Shown here piece after piece: positions 42,222 through 51,409 of a DNA stretch of 64,000 bases. Positions within the stretch are counted from its first letter, which is position 1, and each line of letters begins with the position of its first letter. The stretch comes from Erysipelotrichaceae bacterium (GTDB lineage Bacteria > Bacillota_I > Bacilli_A > Erysipelotrichales > Erysipelotrichaceae). The stretch lies in contig DPJD01000001.1 of NCBI GenBank assembly GCA_003543215.1, forward strand, positions 326,188 through 390,187. Direction: 5' to 3'. The notes below the pieces were generated by a model, which searched no databases, was not told the DNA's origin, and saw only the letters and a list, made by a program, of their open reading frames with translations. The translations under genes were made by a program, and so were the position numbers.

Positions 42222-42587
42222 ATGCCAAGAGTAAAAAATTCGGTCGCGACACGTGCACGTCGTAAGGCCATCTTAAAACTTGCAAAGGGTTACTTTGGAA
42301 GTAAGCACACGATTTACAAAACAGCGCATGAACAAGTCATGCACTCCCTCAAATACGCTTACAGAGATCGTCGTCAACTAAAGCGCGAAATGCGCAAATT
42401 GTGGATCGCTCGTGTCAATGCGGCAGCTCGCATGAATGACATCAGCTATTCCAAATTGATGCATGGTTTGAAGTTGGCTGATATCCAAGTCAACCGTAAG
42501 ATGTTATCTGAAATGGCGATTCATGATCCTAAAGGATTTGTGACAATCGTTGAAAAAGCTAAAAAAGCTTTGGACAAAGCAGAATAA
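42222..42587 (+). CDS. rplT: 50S ribosomal protein L20
   Basis: [26 protein letters not shown]; 121 aa. Confidence 0.95.
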   Translation: MPRVKNSVATRARRKAILKLAKGYFGSKHTIYKTAHEQVMHSLKYAYRDRRQLKREMRKLWIARVNAAARMNDISYSKLMHGLKLADIQVNRKMLSEMAIHDPKGFVTIVEKAKKALDKAE

Positions 42588-42609
42588 GAAAGCCTTCGGG
42601 CTTTTTTTA
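42588..42609 (+). terminator. Intrinsic terminator after rplT
   Basis: AAAGCC-ttcg-GGCTTT followed by TTTTAT. Confidence 0.75.
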
Positions 42610-42624
42610 TTATATGATGATGGT

Positions 42625-43617
42625 ATGAACACCTATTTAAGCTGTATTGAAATCGCCCATCGCATCAGTAAACTGAAACCTTGGTTACAGTTTCATGATC
42701 TCGATTTCTTTGAAATCAAAGCCTATGGTCAAGATAGCATCTATGTATCTGTCATGGGTCATGCGAAGAATACTTACGGTCTTTGTTTTTACTTTGGAAA
42801 CAAAGCTTTTAATGAACTCTTATATTTAGTCGAGAACCCAGAGCTTCCCAATCTTCAAAAAGCACGTTACCAAGATGCCTTAGTTGTTTATTTTAATAAA
42901 AAAGAAGAGCTTGGGGATGAAGATCTTGCCTTGATTGATGCTTCGAATATAAAGCTGACACGGACACAACGTTATCCCGTCTTGCGCAACGTGCACAAGA
43001 ACTATCCTGGTTTACTCACTGAAGTTGAAGCTGAACAGCTTCATGAAGCCTTGATGAACTTTGAGAAAGCCTTGCTTAGATACAACATCAAAAAACCTGT
43101 GGTGGACTTTGAATTCGATGAATTCCTATCTTTTCGTGAAAGTAAGAATGGCGTCTGGAGCTTACGTGTCCGTGAAGTGGACTACGATGATTTCGATTTT
43201 CCTGAACCCAAGTTTGATTTCTTTGAAGTTAGAAACATCAATCCAAGACGCTTTGGCCAACAAATCGAAATCGACACACCTCTGCTTAATGCATTGATGC
43301 GTGAAGATACCAAACAGCCTTATTTGATTCGAGCCCTTGTGATCATTGGGGTTGATGATGCACATGTTTATAAATACCAAATCTTAGATAAGCATGCGGA
43401 CATCACACAAGTTTATGTGGAAGCACTTATTGAATTTGTGGAAGAATTTGGTCGACCTGAAGCCATCATCGTTCGTGATATCGAAGCCGCTAATGCCATG
43501 GATCAAATTGCCGCCATGATTCAAACACCTCTAGCTGTCTTCAGTGAACTCGTCAGTATCGATGATTTCAATGATGGGCTTAAAGAATTCAAGCAGTCCA
43601 ATACACGATTCAACTAA
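42625..43617 (+). CDS. Hypothetical protein (330 aa)
   Basis: MNTYLSCIEIAHR start lies downstream of the rplT terminator. The longer ORF from 42550 runs through rplT and the terminator. No motif recognised. Confidence 0.5.
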   Translation: MNTYLSCIEIAHRISKLKPWLQFHDLDFFEIKAYGQDSIYVSVMGHAKNTYGLCFYFGNKAFNELLYLVENPELPNLQKARYQDALVVYFNKKEELGDEDLALIDASNIKLTRTQRYPVLRNVHKNYPGLLTEVEAEQLHEALMNFEKALLRYNIKKPVVDFEFDEFLSFRESKNGVWSLRVREVDYDDFDFPEPKFDFFEVRNINPRRFGQQIEIDTPLLNALMREDTKQPYLIRALVIIGVDDAHVYKYQILDKHADITQVYVEALIEFVEEFGRPEAIIVRDIEAANAMDQIAAMIQTPLAVFSELVSIDDFNDGLKEFKQSNTRFN

Positions 43618-43640
43618 AAAGAAGCATCGCTTCTTTTTAT
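43616..43640. terminator. Bidirectional intrinsic terminator
   Basis: AAAAAGAAGC-atc-GCTTCTTTTT between convergent genes. Confidence 0.7.
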
Positions 43641-44455
43641 TTTATGGCTGTATATTTTTGTTTAGCGATGTCTAAGTAGACTTCATCTTTACGTGCTTCA
43701 TGCATCATGCATGCCCAGGTGCACCATAAGAGATTATGGAACTGTTGGTAATTGAAGAGGTCCTGTTTTTCCTCATCGCTAGGGATTCTTCCAAAATAAG
43801 CATGGATGAAGCGATCGATTTCATCCTGAGTCAAATCATTCTCCGTCACAAATGACATCACATCAAAGAAGGGGTCGTTATCACCCGCATACTCATAATC
43901 AATCAAATAATCTTGTTTGTCTGTAAAACAGATGTTTCCAGGAACCCAATCGTTATGGCATAAGGTAATCGGTCGTTTATGCTGTGTAATGCCAGATAGG
44001 ATGTTCATTGCTTTTTCATCACTGATCATGGGGTTTTTGACTTGTTTGCGATACATTTTATAACGTTGGATGGGGTCAAAGTTTTCACCAATGCACTGCT
44101 GGATGCCATGAAGTTTGCTCATCAAAGAAGCCGTCCGCTCAATTTTATCATCCCCATGATATTCCGTGAACGTTAAGAGATCTTCCACTGTATCCGTGAT
44201 TTTAAGCCCTGTCATTTCATCAAAGTATCGTGTGGGTAAGTTGATACCCGCATCTTCCACAAGCTTCATGGCTAAGCCTTCATGTTCACGATGCACGATT
44301 TGTTGGTTATTGGGGTAAGGAATGCGAACGATCACATCATGATTTTTTGTTTTGACACGATAATTGCGATTGGTCAAACCTTTCTTGGTGTCAATGATTT
44401 CAAGGATGGGTTCATTTAAGATCAAGGTTATACGAATTTGCCAGTGCTTTTCCAT
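43637..44455 (-). CDS. Phosphotransferase of the choline/ethanolamine kinase-APH family
   Basis: Brenner motif LCHNDWVPGNICF and DYEYAGDNDPFFD. Confidence 0.7.
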   Translation of the reverse strand: MEKHWQIRITLILNEPILEIIDTKKGLTNRNYRVKTKNHDVIVRIPYPNNQQIVHREHEGLAMKLVEDAGINLPTRYFDEMTGLKITDTVEDLLTFTEYHGDDKIERTASLMSKLHGIQQCIGENFDPIQRYKMYRKQVKNPMISDEKAMNILSGITQHKRPITLCHNDWVPGNICFTDKQDYLIDYEYAGDNDPFFDVMSFVTENDLTQDEIDRFIHAYFGRIPSDEEKQDLFNYQQFHNLLWCTWACMMHEARKDEVYLDIAKQKYTAIK

Positions 44456-44502
44456 AGACCTATTTTAGCATAGTGCACTGTTTATGCTAAAATAAGTGCG
44501 AT

Positions 44503-46113
44503 ATGAACATTGCCCTTGTCAGCTTGAATGTCAGCTATATCCATAAGAATCTTGCCCTAAGATGGTTGTATGTCACGAAACCAGCACATCTTGACGCAAA
44601 GATTTATGAATACACCACCAAACAGGTGGATCTTTGTGCTGCGAAGTTGATCGAGGACAAGCCGGATGTGCTTGGACTGAGTACCTATATTTTCAATGTG
44701 GAAGCGACTAAAGAATTGATCACTAAAGTTAAAGCAGGTTTACCAAATCTACGTATTTATCTGGGCGGTCCTGAAGTAACAGCCAATCCAGATCCCTTAT
44801 GGGACTATCCCATTGATGGCATCTTGATGGGTGAAGGCGAGTTCAGTTTCTGGAAAGCCGTGGAAGGGCAATACACGCCCGGTCTACAAACATTTAAAGG
44901 TGCATCTTCATCCGTTCTTCGCACGGACTTGTTAGAATTGGAACGCTTGGAAAGTCCTTACTTCTTATCTTTTGATCAAGAAGATATGGACAAGCGTTAT
45001 TTATATGCGGAGACATCACGGGGCTGTCCCTATGGTTGCGCTTATTGCATGGCATCCTTGGATCGTAACGTGCGTTTGTTTTCAGAGTCCTACATGGATT
45101 CATTCTTTGATCAACTCAAAGATACACAGGTGAAACAAGTCAAATTCTTGGATCGAACCTTCAATGTGGATCCCAAACGTGCCTTACGTTTAGGCAAGCA
45201 ATGTCTAAGCATGCCTGAACTGATGCAATTTCATGTGGAATTGGTAGGGGACACCTTGCATCCAAGCTTGATTGAATTCTTTAAAACAGAAGCGGTAAAA
45301 CGATTTCGAATGGAAATTGGTGTCCAATCCTTCCAAAAGAAAACCTTGGAAGCTGTTGGAAGACCTTGTGATCTCGCTAAACTCAGTACGGTCATTCGTG
45401 ATTTTGCGCTTGTTGGTTCACACCAACATACGGATTTGATTGCAGGACTTCCATTTGAGACTTTGGATCTCTTCAAGGAATCCTATCGTAAGTTGATTCA
45501 TCTTGAACCCTTTGAAATTCAAGTGGGGATATTAAAACTCTTACATGGGACCATTCTTCATGGTTTAAGAGAAATTTATGGTTATCAGGCAGAAGCCATC
45601 GCGCCTTATCAAATCACGCAATCCAAATGGATGAACAAGGTTGATATTGAAGCTGTCGAGGCTGTGGCCTTGGCTACAGAGAAGTGTTACAACTCAGGTC
45701 GTTTAAAGAAAGAATTGGATCTGTGGTTCAAAAGCAATGTGGAACCCTTTGATGTTCTATTCGTGATTGGGAAAGCACTGATGAAATTGGGGCATCCCTA
45801 TCAAATCAAAGAATTCTACTTAAACATCTATGATGCGATAAAAAATATCCATCCAAACCCTAGATCTTTTGTGGAAGAAGCCTATTATCGACAGAATCGA
45901 ACACGCCCCAGTCAATTGTTTGAAATGGAAGTGGACTTAGAAGTTTGTAAACGTTTGAGTCAAAGTGATGAACGAATCCATCATGCCATCTTGATGAAAC
46001 AGAATAATAGCATCAAGGCTGTCTTATATGTGCACCACGCGCAAATATGGTTTGATTGTACGGAAGAAGGAGAAATCATAAATGAAGTTACTCTTAGCTA
46101 CACAAAATCCTAA
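44503..46113 (+). CDS. B12-binding-domain radical SAM protein (DUF4080 C-terminal region)
   Basis: SRGCPYGCAYC CxxxCxxC cluster; N-terminal Rossmann-like B12-binding region; 536 aa. Confidence 0.8.
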   Translation: MNIALVSLNVSYIHKNLALRWLYVTKPAHLDAKIYEYTTKQVDLCAAKLIEDKPDVLGLSTYIFNVEATKELITKVKAGLPNLRIYLGGPEVTANPDPLWDYPIDGILMGEGEFSFWKAVEGQYTPGLQTFKGASSSVLRTDLLELERLESPYFLSFDQEDMDKRYLYAETSRGCPYGCAYCMASLDRNVRLFSESYMDSFFDQLKDTQVKQVKFLDRTFNVDPKRALRLGKQCLSMPELMQFHVELVGDTLHPSLIEFFKTEAVKRFRMEIGVQSFQKKTLEAVGRPCDLAKLSTVIRDFALVGSHQHTDLIAGLPFETLDLFKESYRKLIHLEPFEIQVGILKLLHGTILHGLREIYGYQAEAIAPYQITQSKWMNKVDIEAVEAVALATEKCYNSGRLKKELDLWFKSNVEPFDVLFVIGKALMKLGHPYQIKEFYLNIYDAIKNIHPNPRSFVEEAYYRQNRTRPSQLFEMEVDLEVCKRLSQSDERIHHAILMKQNNSIKAVLYVHHAQIWFDCTEEGEIINEVTLSYTKS

Positions 46114-46675
46114 TAAAGTCATTGAACTCAATCGCTTGAGTCACAATCAATTGGATGTCGTGAGTCTACACGATTTGAATATCGTAGAGGATGTGGAAGA
46201 AACAGGGAAGAGTTTTGAGGAGAATGCGCGCTTGAAAGCGTTGTGGGCGTATCAAAAAACGGGCATCCCTTGCATCGCGGATGATTCAGGTTTGGAAATC
46301 ACAGCATTGAACCATGAACCGGGTGTCTATTCGGCCCGCTATTTGGGTGTGGATACCCCATATGCAATCAAGAATCAAATCATTTTGGAACGTATGCAAA
46401 ATCAATTGGATCGCAGTGCACGCTTCATCTCCGTTGTTTGTTTGGTTCTTAATGAAAGGGATGTGCATTGTTTCGAAGGTGTCATGTCAGGTTCGATTGC
46501 CTTTGAAGCCAAAGGATCCAATGGCTTTGGGTATGATCCCATCTTTCTTCCAGAAAACCATGCGTTGACCTATGCGGAAATGGATATAAACACTAAGAAT
46601 ACATTGAGTCATCGTGGTCAAGCATTTCGTAAAGTCATCGCTTATTTAGAAAGTCGAGCGGAATATGAAAAATAG
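46082..46675 (+). CDS. rdgB: Non-canonical purine NTP pyrophosphatase (RdgB/HAM1)
   Basis: MKLLLATQNPNKVIEL, ADDSGLEI, FGYDPIF, SHRG motifs. Confidence 0.85.
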   Translation: MKLLLATQNPNKVIELNRLSHNQLDVVSLHDLNIVEDVEETGKSFEENARLKALWAYQKTGIPCIADDSGLEITALNHEPGVYSARYLGVDTPYAIKNQIILERMQNQLDRSARFISVVCLVLNERDVHCFEGVMSGSIAFEAKGSNGFGYDPIFLPENHALTYAEMDINTKNTLSHRGQAFRKVIAYLESRAEYEK

Positions 46676-48041
46676 AAGTTTAGCCCTGATCTTTGGTTTA
46701 AGTATTTGGATTGTGATCATCTTGGGTGTCATCCATGTCAGTTCACTGGATAAAGCGTTTTATCGTGAACAATATCAAAAAAATGAAGTCGCAGAAAACA
46801 TTGGAATCAATGAAGTTGAATTGGTCAAAGCCACTTCAGTACTTTTAGAATATCTTGAAGGTAAACGGGATGATTTGACAGTGTTTGCCACCATTGACGG
46901 TGTATATCAAGAGGTCTTCAACACCAAAGAAAAAGACCATATGATCGATGTCCAAGTCTTGTTTGTTAAAACGATTTGGATTCGCAACATTGCTTTAGGC
47001 TTATTGCTTGGTGTGGGGGTATATTTAGGTTTCACAAAGAAGCGCGATTCAATTGAGATCTTATCCAAAGGCTTCAAAGAAGCTTCAATGGTTTTGGGTG
47101 TCGTCTTTACCTTCATTGTGATTTATGCGGTTCTGGACTTTCAGAATTTCTGGATTCTTTTTCATAAATTATTGTTTTCGAATGAGTTATGGTTGCTTAA
47201 TCCTTATACGGATAATCTAATCTTAATGGTTCCACTGCCATTCTTCTTTAGTTTGGTGAGTTTGATCCTCTTTCGATCCTTAATGGCTTTAGGTTTTGTG
47301 TTCACTTTGGATTGGGGCTTAACGCATCAAGGTTATGATCATCGTTTCCTTAAATGGTTTGCCTTGATCACCATGACCATCGACCATGTCGGACATTTCT
47401 TATTTCCAGAATATATCGAATTAAGGGTGATTGGTCGTTTAGCCTTTCCCATTTTTGCCTATCTCTTCGCTCTGACCTATCGCTACACATCGAATCGCAA
47501 ACGTCTGCTTATTCAGATGAGCATCGCGGCAGTACTCACACAAGGCTTGCTTTATCTGACGAATGTCAATGAATTGGTCAATATCTTCTTCCTCTTCATG
47601 TTGGGGTGGTTGGCTTTTGATGCCTTGGATAAAGGGCGCATTTGGTTGATCATCGTCGTCGGTGGATTAGCGGATATCTTGGGTGTGGATTATGGTATGT
47701 ATGGGATTGCGGTATTGACGATGTTTTATTTCTATCATGAACAACGCAATAAACAGATGTTGGCTTATGTGATCATCACCTTGATGTTTGTTTTATTACC
47801 GTTCTTATCAGCGGACACATGGCCATTGATTCCACGTATCATCAGTGATTTCTTTGGCTTCTATTGGCGTTATTTCATTCAGGCTTTATCAATAATGGCA
47901 TTGAGTTTGTTGTTTTTCTATAACAGTAAAAAGCCAGTGGCTTATTCCAACAAACAATTGGCCTTTGTGGAGAAGTATTTCTTCTATGTCTATTATGCCG
48001 TTCATCTTGCCTTATTGGGCTTCTTAAGGGGTATCCTATGA
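46665..48041 (+). CDS. Fusion membrane protein: TIGR01906/DUF1461 N-terminal half + TraX family C-terminal half
   Basis: DUF1461-like FHKLLFSNELWLLNPYTDNLILMVPLPFF. TraX-like FLKWFALITMTIDHVGHFLFP and GRLAFPIFAYLF. Confidence 0.65.
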   Translation: MKNRSLALIFGLSIWIVIILGVIHVSSLDKAFYREQYQKNEVAENIGINEVELVKATSVLLEYLEGKRDDLTVFATIDGVYQEVFNTKEKDHMIDVQVLFVKTIWIRNIALGLLLGVGVYLGFTKKRDSIEILSKGFKEASMVLGVVFTFIVIYAVLDFQNFWILFHKLLFSNELWLLNPYTDNLILMVPLPFFFSLVSLILFRSLMALGFVFTLDWGLTHQGYDHRFLKWFALITMTIDHVGHFLFPEYIELRVIGRLAFPIFAYLFALTYRYTSNRKRLLIQMSIAAVLTQGLLYLTNVNELVNIFFLFMLGWLAFDALDKGRIWLIIVVGGLADILGVDYGMYGIAVLTMFYFYHEQRNKQMLAYVIITLMFVLLPFLSADTWPLIPRIISDFFGFYWRYFIQALSIMALSLLFFYNSKKPVAYSNKQLAFVEKYFFYVYYAVHLALLGFLRGIL

Positions 48042-48547
48042 TCCATATTGTTTTATTTCAACCCGAAATTCCTCAAAACACCGGCAACATCATGCGTACC
48101 TGTGCGGCGACCAACACCCGTCTTCATTTGATCAAACCCTTGGGTTTCAAATTGGATGAGAAGAGTGTTCGACGCAGTGGCATGGATTATCGCGACATGG
48201 TCGAGGCTGAAGTGTATGAAGATTTTGAGGATTTCAGTGCTAAGAACAAGGGTCGTTACTTCTTTATCACACGTTATGGACAAAAAGCACCTTCGGATGT
48301 CAAATTCCAAGCAGTCAATGAAGATATATATTTGATTTTTGGTCGTGAAAGTACAGGCATACCCAAAGCGATTCTTAGACCGCATATCGAAGATTGTCTA
48401 CGCTTACCAATGGTTGCGGATGCGCGGAGCTTGAATCTAAGCAATACCGTTGCGATTGTCGTGTATGAAGTCTTGCGTCAATTGGATTATCCAGGTTTAT
48501 CCCCGGTTGAGGTTTTGAAAGGGGAAGATTGGCTGAGTCATGACTAG
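48038..48547 (+). CDS. trmL: tRNA (cytidine/uridine-2'-O)-methyltransferase TrmL (SpoU/TrmH family)
   Basis: IVLFQPEIPQNTGNIMRTCAAT and LIFGRESTGIP, SLNLSNTVAIVVYE motifs. Confidence 0.85.
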   Translation: MIHIVLFQPEIPQNTGNIMRTCAATNTRLHLIKPLGFKLDEKSVRRSGMDYRDMVEAEVYEDFEDFSAKNKGRYFFITRYGQKAPSDVKFQAVNEDIYLIFGRESTGIPKAILRPHIEDCLRLPMVADARSLNLSNTVAIVVYEVLRQLDYPGLSPVEVLKGEDWLSHD

Positions 48548-49088
48548 TTTCAACCGATGGTTGAATCATCCCAATCATCGTCTGTTTGTCTTTGTTTTGG
48601 TTCTGTTTGTCAGTTCCTGGTTTGTGGTATTGCCACAAGTTCGCTTAGGCTTGTTTCTACTCGACATCAAAGGCATTCCACAAGTGGCCAATCTCAGTCA
48701 AATCAAAGATCTGACCTGGGCAACACGTCTGGTCGCGAATGCTTTGGATACGGGTCTTAACTTTAAACTGTTCACCGCAAGCATTCGTGGCATCGATTTG
48801 GTTTTTTGGACGTTCTTGATTTTGTTCGCTGTGTCGAGGTCAGGATGCTTGACTTGGATCTATCAAAGCACACTTGTTTTGCAAGTTTTTATTAATCTAC
48901 TGTTTATGATTCGTTTCTGGCAATTGAGTGCCGCAAGCAATCCGACAGCGGCATTGGCATGGCTCACACAGTTGGGTTATCTCCATCTGATTCTTGGATC
49001 CATCAGTCTTTTCCTGATGGCTGGAGGCTTTATTTGGATGCTCATCAAGTTGGATGCGAATGCATTGCACGAAGATGAAGAAGTCTAG
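48540..49088 (+). CDS. Polytopic membrane protein of unknown function
   Basis: 182 aa, about 5 hydrophobic segments; overlaps the trmL stop by 8 nt. Confidence 0.45.
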   Translation: MTSFNRWLNHPNHRLFVFVLVLFVSSWFVVLPQVRLGLFLLDIKGIPQVANLSQIKDLTWATRLVANALDTGLNFKLFTASIRGIDLVFWTFLILFAVSRSGCLTWIYQSTLVLQVFINLLFMIRFWQLSAASNPTAALAWLTQLGYLHLILGSISLFLMAGGFIWMLIKLDANALHEDEEV

Positions 49089-49112
49089 TATAATGAAACG
49101 CGAGGTAAGATC

Positions 49113-49259
49113 ATGTTGGAGAGCGTAAGCGATTATATTGCGACAGGGGTACTCATTGTTCTGTTGATTGGGACTTTGGCTTTTGTCTTACGCATGTTCC
49201 TCCATCATCGAACCAAACGATTGATTGAAGAAGAAATAGAATACTATCAAGAATGGTAA
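49113..49259 (+). CDS. Small single-TM protein (48 aa), not in the ORF track
   Basis: ATG 49113 preceded by GAGGTAAGA. MLESVSDYIATGVLIVLLIGTLAFVLRMFLHHRTKRLIEEEIEYYQEW. Confidence 0.3.
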   Translation: MLESVSDYIATGVLIVLLIGTLAFVLRMFLHHRTKRLIEEEIEYYQEW

Positions 49260-49272
49260 AAGGAGGACATTG

Positions 49273-49812
49273 ATGTTTACCAAAGCGATTCATTCGAATA
49301 ATGCCCCGAAGGCGATCGGACCTTATTCACCAGCCGTAAAACTCGGCGATTTTGTATATTTATCGGGACAACTTCCTGTTGACCCAGAAACAGGTTCCAT
49401 CGTTGAAGGTGGCGTACAGGAACAAGCGTATCAAGTACTCAAGAACATGGAAGCACTTTTGGCTGAAATGAACTTGGAAATGCGTCATATCGTGAAGACA
49501 ACGGTCTTCATGACGGATTTATCCGGATTTGAACTCATGAATGAGATCTATTCCACGTACTTTGCGGATCCATATCCTGCACGTAGCACCGTTGAAGTCA
49601 AAGCTCTACCAAAGGGTGCTTTGGTTGAAATCGAAGCGATCGTCATTGATACACTCCTTTATGAACAACAATTTGCGCAACAACACAATCATGGTGATAG
49701 CTGCGGTTGTGGTAGTGAAGATGGCTGTGGATGTGGAGATGAAGGTTGTGGCGATAGCTGCGGCTGTGGTAGTGAAGAAGAATCATGCACCGATGGTACA
49801 TGTTGCGGCTAA
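49273..49812 (+). CDS. ridA: RidA/YjgF family reactive-intermediate deaminase with a 44-aa Cys/Gly/acidic C-terminal tail
   Basis: APKAIGPYSPAV...ARSTVEVKALPKGALVEIEAIV is the RidA core. The tail QQHNHGDSCGCGSEDGCGCGDEGCGDSCGCGSEEESCTDGTCCG contains 10 Cys. Confidence 0.8.
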   Translation: MFTKAIHSNNAPKAIGPYSPAVKLGDFVYLSGQLPVDPETGSIVEGGVQEQAYQVLKNMEALLAEMNLEMRHIVKTTVFMTDLSGFELMNEIYSTYFADPYPARSTVEVKALPKGALVEIEAIVIDTLLYEQQFAQQHNHGDSCGCGSEDGCGCGDEGCGDSCGCGSEEESCTDGTCCG

Positions 49813-49828
49813 ATGCCGCTTTTTTCTT
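49805..49828 (+). terminator. Intrinsic terminator after ridA
   Basis: GCGGC-taaat-GCCGC followed by TTTTTTC; overlaps the stop codon. Confidence 0.7.
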
Positions 49829-49864
49829 TTTAGGAAACATTTCAATATTTACATACAATAGGGT

Positions 49865-50350
49865 ATGCTTCATACCATTAAAGTCATCAAATACAACCCG
49901 AAAACAAAGTGCAGCGAACTGTGGGGCGACACTTGGTTTCAAATTAAAAAGAAACCTCTTACTTTAATCGAAGATTATTGCAGCAATTATGGTTTGAGTG
50001 TATCCGGAAGCCAGTGTGCCATTCGCAAACATCTCAATATCTTACATAAGGTTCCAATTCTGGTTCATCCTTTATTGCAGTGTTACTTTTTACCCACAAT
50101 GGCCCCACAACACAGCGAATGCATCTTTTTGAATGCCAAACGTATTCTAAGCTATCAAGCGCTCAAGTGTGATACTTTGATTGTTTTTGATGATCAAACA
50201 ACGATGGTCATCCCTTTGGGTTATCGATCCATCAAGAAACAGATCGAACGTGCAAGATCCATGGCCAATCATATCCAAATTCAGTACCAACTGGACCACT
50301 TAAGTCTTGAATCTTCAATGAACACAGGTATAATGAGAATATTAAGTTAA
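49865..50350 (+). CDS. comK: ComK family competence transcription factor-like protein
   Basis: KKKPLTLIEDYCSNYG...HKVPILVHPLLQCYFLPTMAPQHSECIFLN parallels B. subtilis ComK KPLQIVDRSC...HKPPIMVDPSNQIFLFPTLS...C.W. Confidence 0.6.
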   Translation: MLHTIKVIKYNPKTKCSELWGDTWFQIKKKPLTLIEDYCSNYGLSVSGSQCAIRKHLNILHKVPILVHPLLQCYFLPTMAPQHSECIFLNAKRILSYQALKCDTLIVFDDQTTMVIPLGYRSIKKQIERARSMANHIQIQYQLDHLSLESSMNTGIMRILS

Positions 50351-50355
50351 ACAAA

Positions 50356-51216
50356 ATGAAAAATCCACTCTACAAACACATCAAAACAACCCTCGTCATC
50401 ACGATCTCTGCACTCATTGCAGCCATAAACATCAATGTTTTTGTTTACTCAGGTAATTTCTTCCCAGGGGGTTTCTCTGGGATATCGGTTTTAATCAATC
50501 GTTTGGGACTCCAATATTGGAATATCGATATTCCTTATGGCATCCTTTACATCCTTTTGAACATCTTTCCAACCATCTTGGTCTTTAAGTACATCGGGAA
50601 ACGTTTCACGCTTTACTCCATTCTTCATTTCACATTGGTCAGTATTTTCACATTGATCTTGCCAATGGTTAGATTGGAATACGATATCATCTTGATCACC
50701 ATCTTTGGTGGGATTTTCGCAGGAATCAGTGTCGTCTTGGCTCTGATGCAAAATGCTTCTGGAGGGGGGACGGATTTCATTGCCATCTACGCTTCCAATC
50801 GGTATCGCAAACCCATTTTCAACTACATCATGTATGGGAATATGGTCATTCTTTCAGTTGCAGGGATCTTGTTTGGTTGGGAAGAAGCCCTGTATTCGAT
50901 CATTTATCAATTTGTTGTGACACAGGTCATTGAATCCCGGTATGAACGGTATAAGTACATGGCTCTCAACATGATCACGGAACATCCCAATGAAGTCAGT
51001 GCCGCAATCTTTAAAGCAACACGCCATGGCATCACCAAATTATGGGGTGAAGGTGGATATAGTCAAAAGCCGAAATGCATGCTTTATATGGTGGTTAATG
51101 CGTTTGAAGTCAATGATGTCGTACAAGCGGCTAAAAGTGCAGATCCCAAGATTTTCATCACGATATCGAAGGCTGAGAAGATTATTGGTAATTATTTCTT
51201 AAAACCAATCGAATAA
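50356..51216 (+). CDS. YitT family membrane protein (DUF2179 C-terminal domain)
   Basis: FFPGGFSGISVL and GGGTDFIAIY motifs; soluble C-terminal domain of about 80 aa. Confidence 0.8.
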   Translation: MKNPLYKHIKTTLVITISALIAAININVFVYSGNFFPGGFSGISVLINRLGLQYWNIDIPYGILYILLNIFPTILVFKYIGKRFTLYSILHFTLVSIFTLILPMVRLEYDIILITIFGGIFAGISVVLALMQNASGGGTDFIAIYASNRYRKPIFNYIMYGNMVILSVAGILFGWEEALYSIIYQFVVTQVIESRYERYKYMALNMITEHPNEVSAAIFKATRHGITKLWGEGGYSQKPKCMLYMVVNAFEVNDVVQAAKSADPKIFITISKAEKIIGNYFLKPIE

Positions 51217-51256
51217 TTCTTGCATACAAATAAAAAATATGTTTTAATTTTGAAGA

Positions 51257-51393
51257 CTTATCAAGAGCTGGGGTAGAGAATTAGCTCAACAACCCCACAC
51301 CAACCTACAGCGATGCAAGGTGGTACTGCTAATCCACGATAAGGGATCCAACATTTCAATGTGAAGCCCTGTCGTGTGCAGGGCTTTTGTTTA
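51257..51393 (+). promoter_or_regulatory. SAM-I (S-box) riboswitch with terminator, divergent in the P2 region
   Basis: P1 CTTATC (51257-62) pairs with GATAAG (51338-43). AAGAG junction, GGGGT/ACCCC P2, ACCAACC and GCTAATCC conserved boxes. Terminator AAGCCCTG...CAGGGCTT plus T-run at 51364-51393. metK lies downstream. Confidence 0.65.
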
Positions 51394-51409
51394 TGTAAGG
51401 AGGAAACAC

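Noticed and set aside
49541-49942. Overlapping 106-aa (+) and 99-aa (-) ORFs across the ridA 3' end.
   Set aside because: They arise from the GC-rich, stop-poor TGCGGNTGTGG repeat that encodes the Cys/Gly tail. They read through the ridA terminator and have no RBS.
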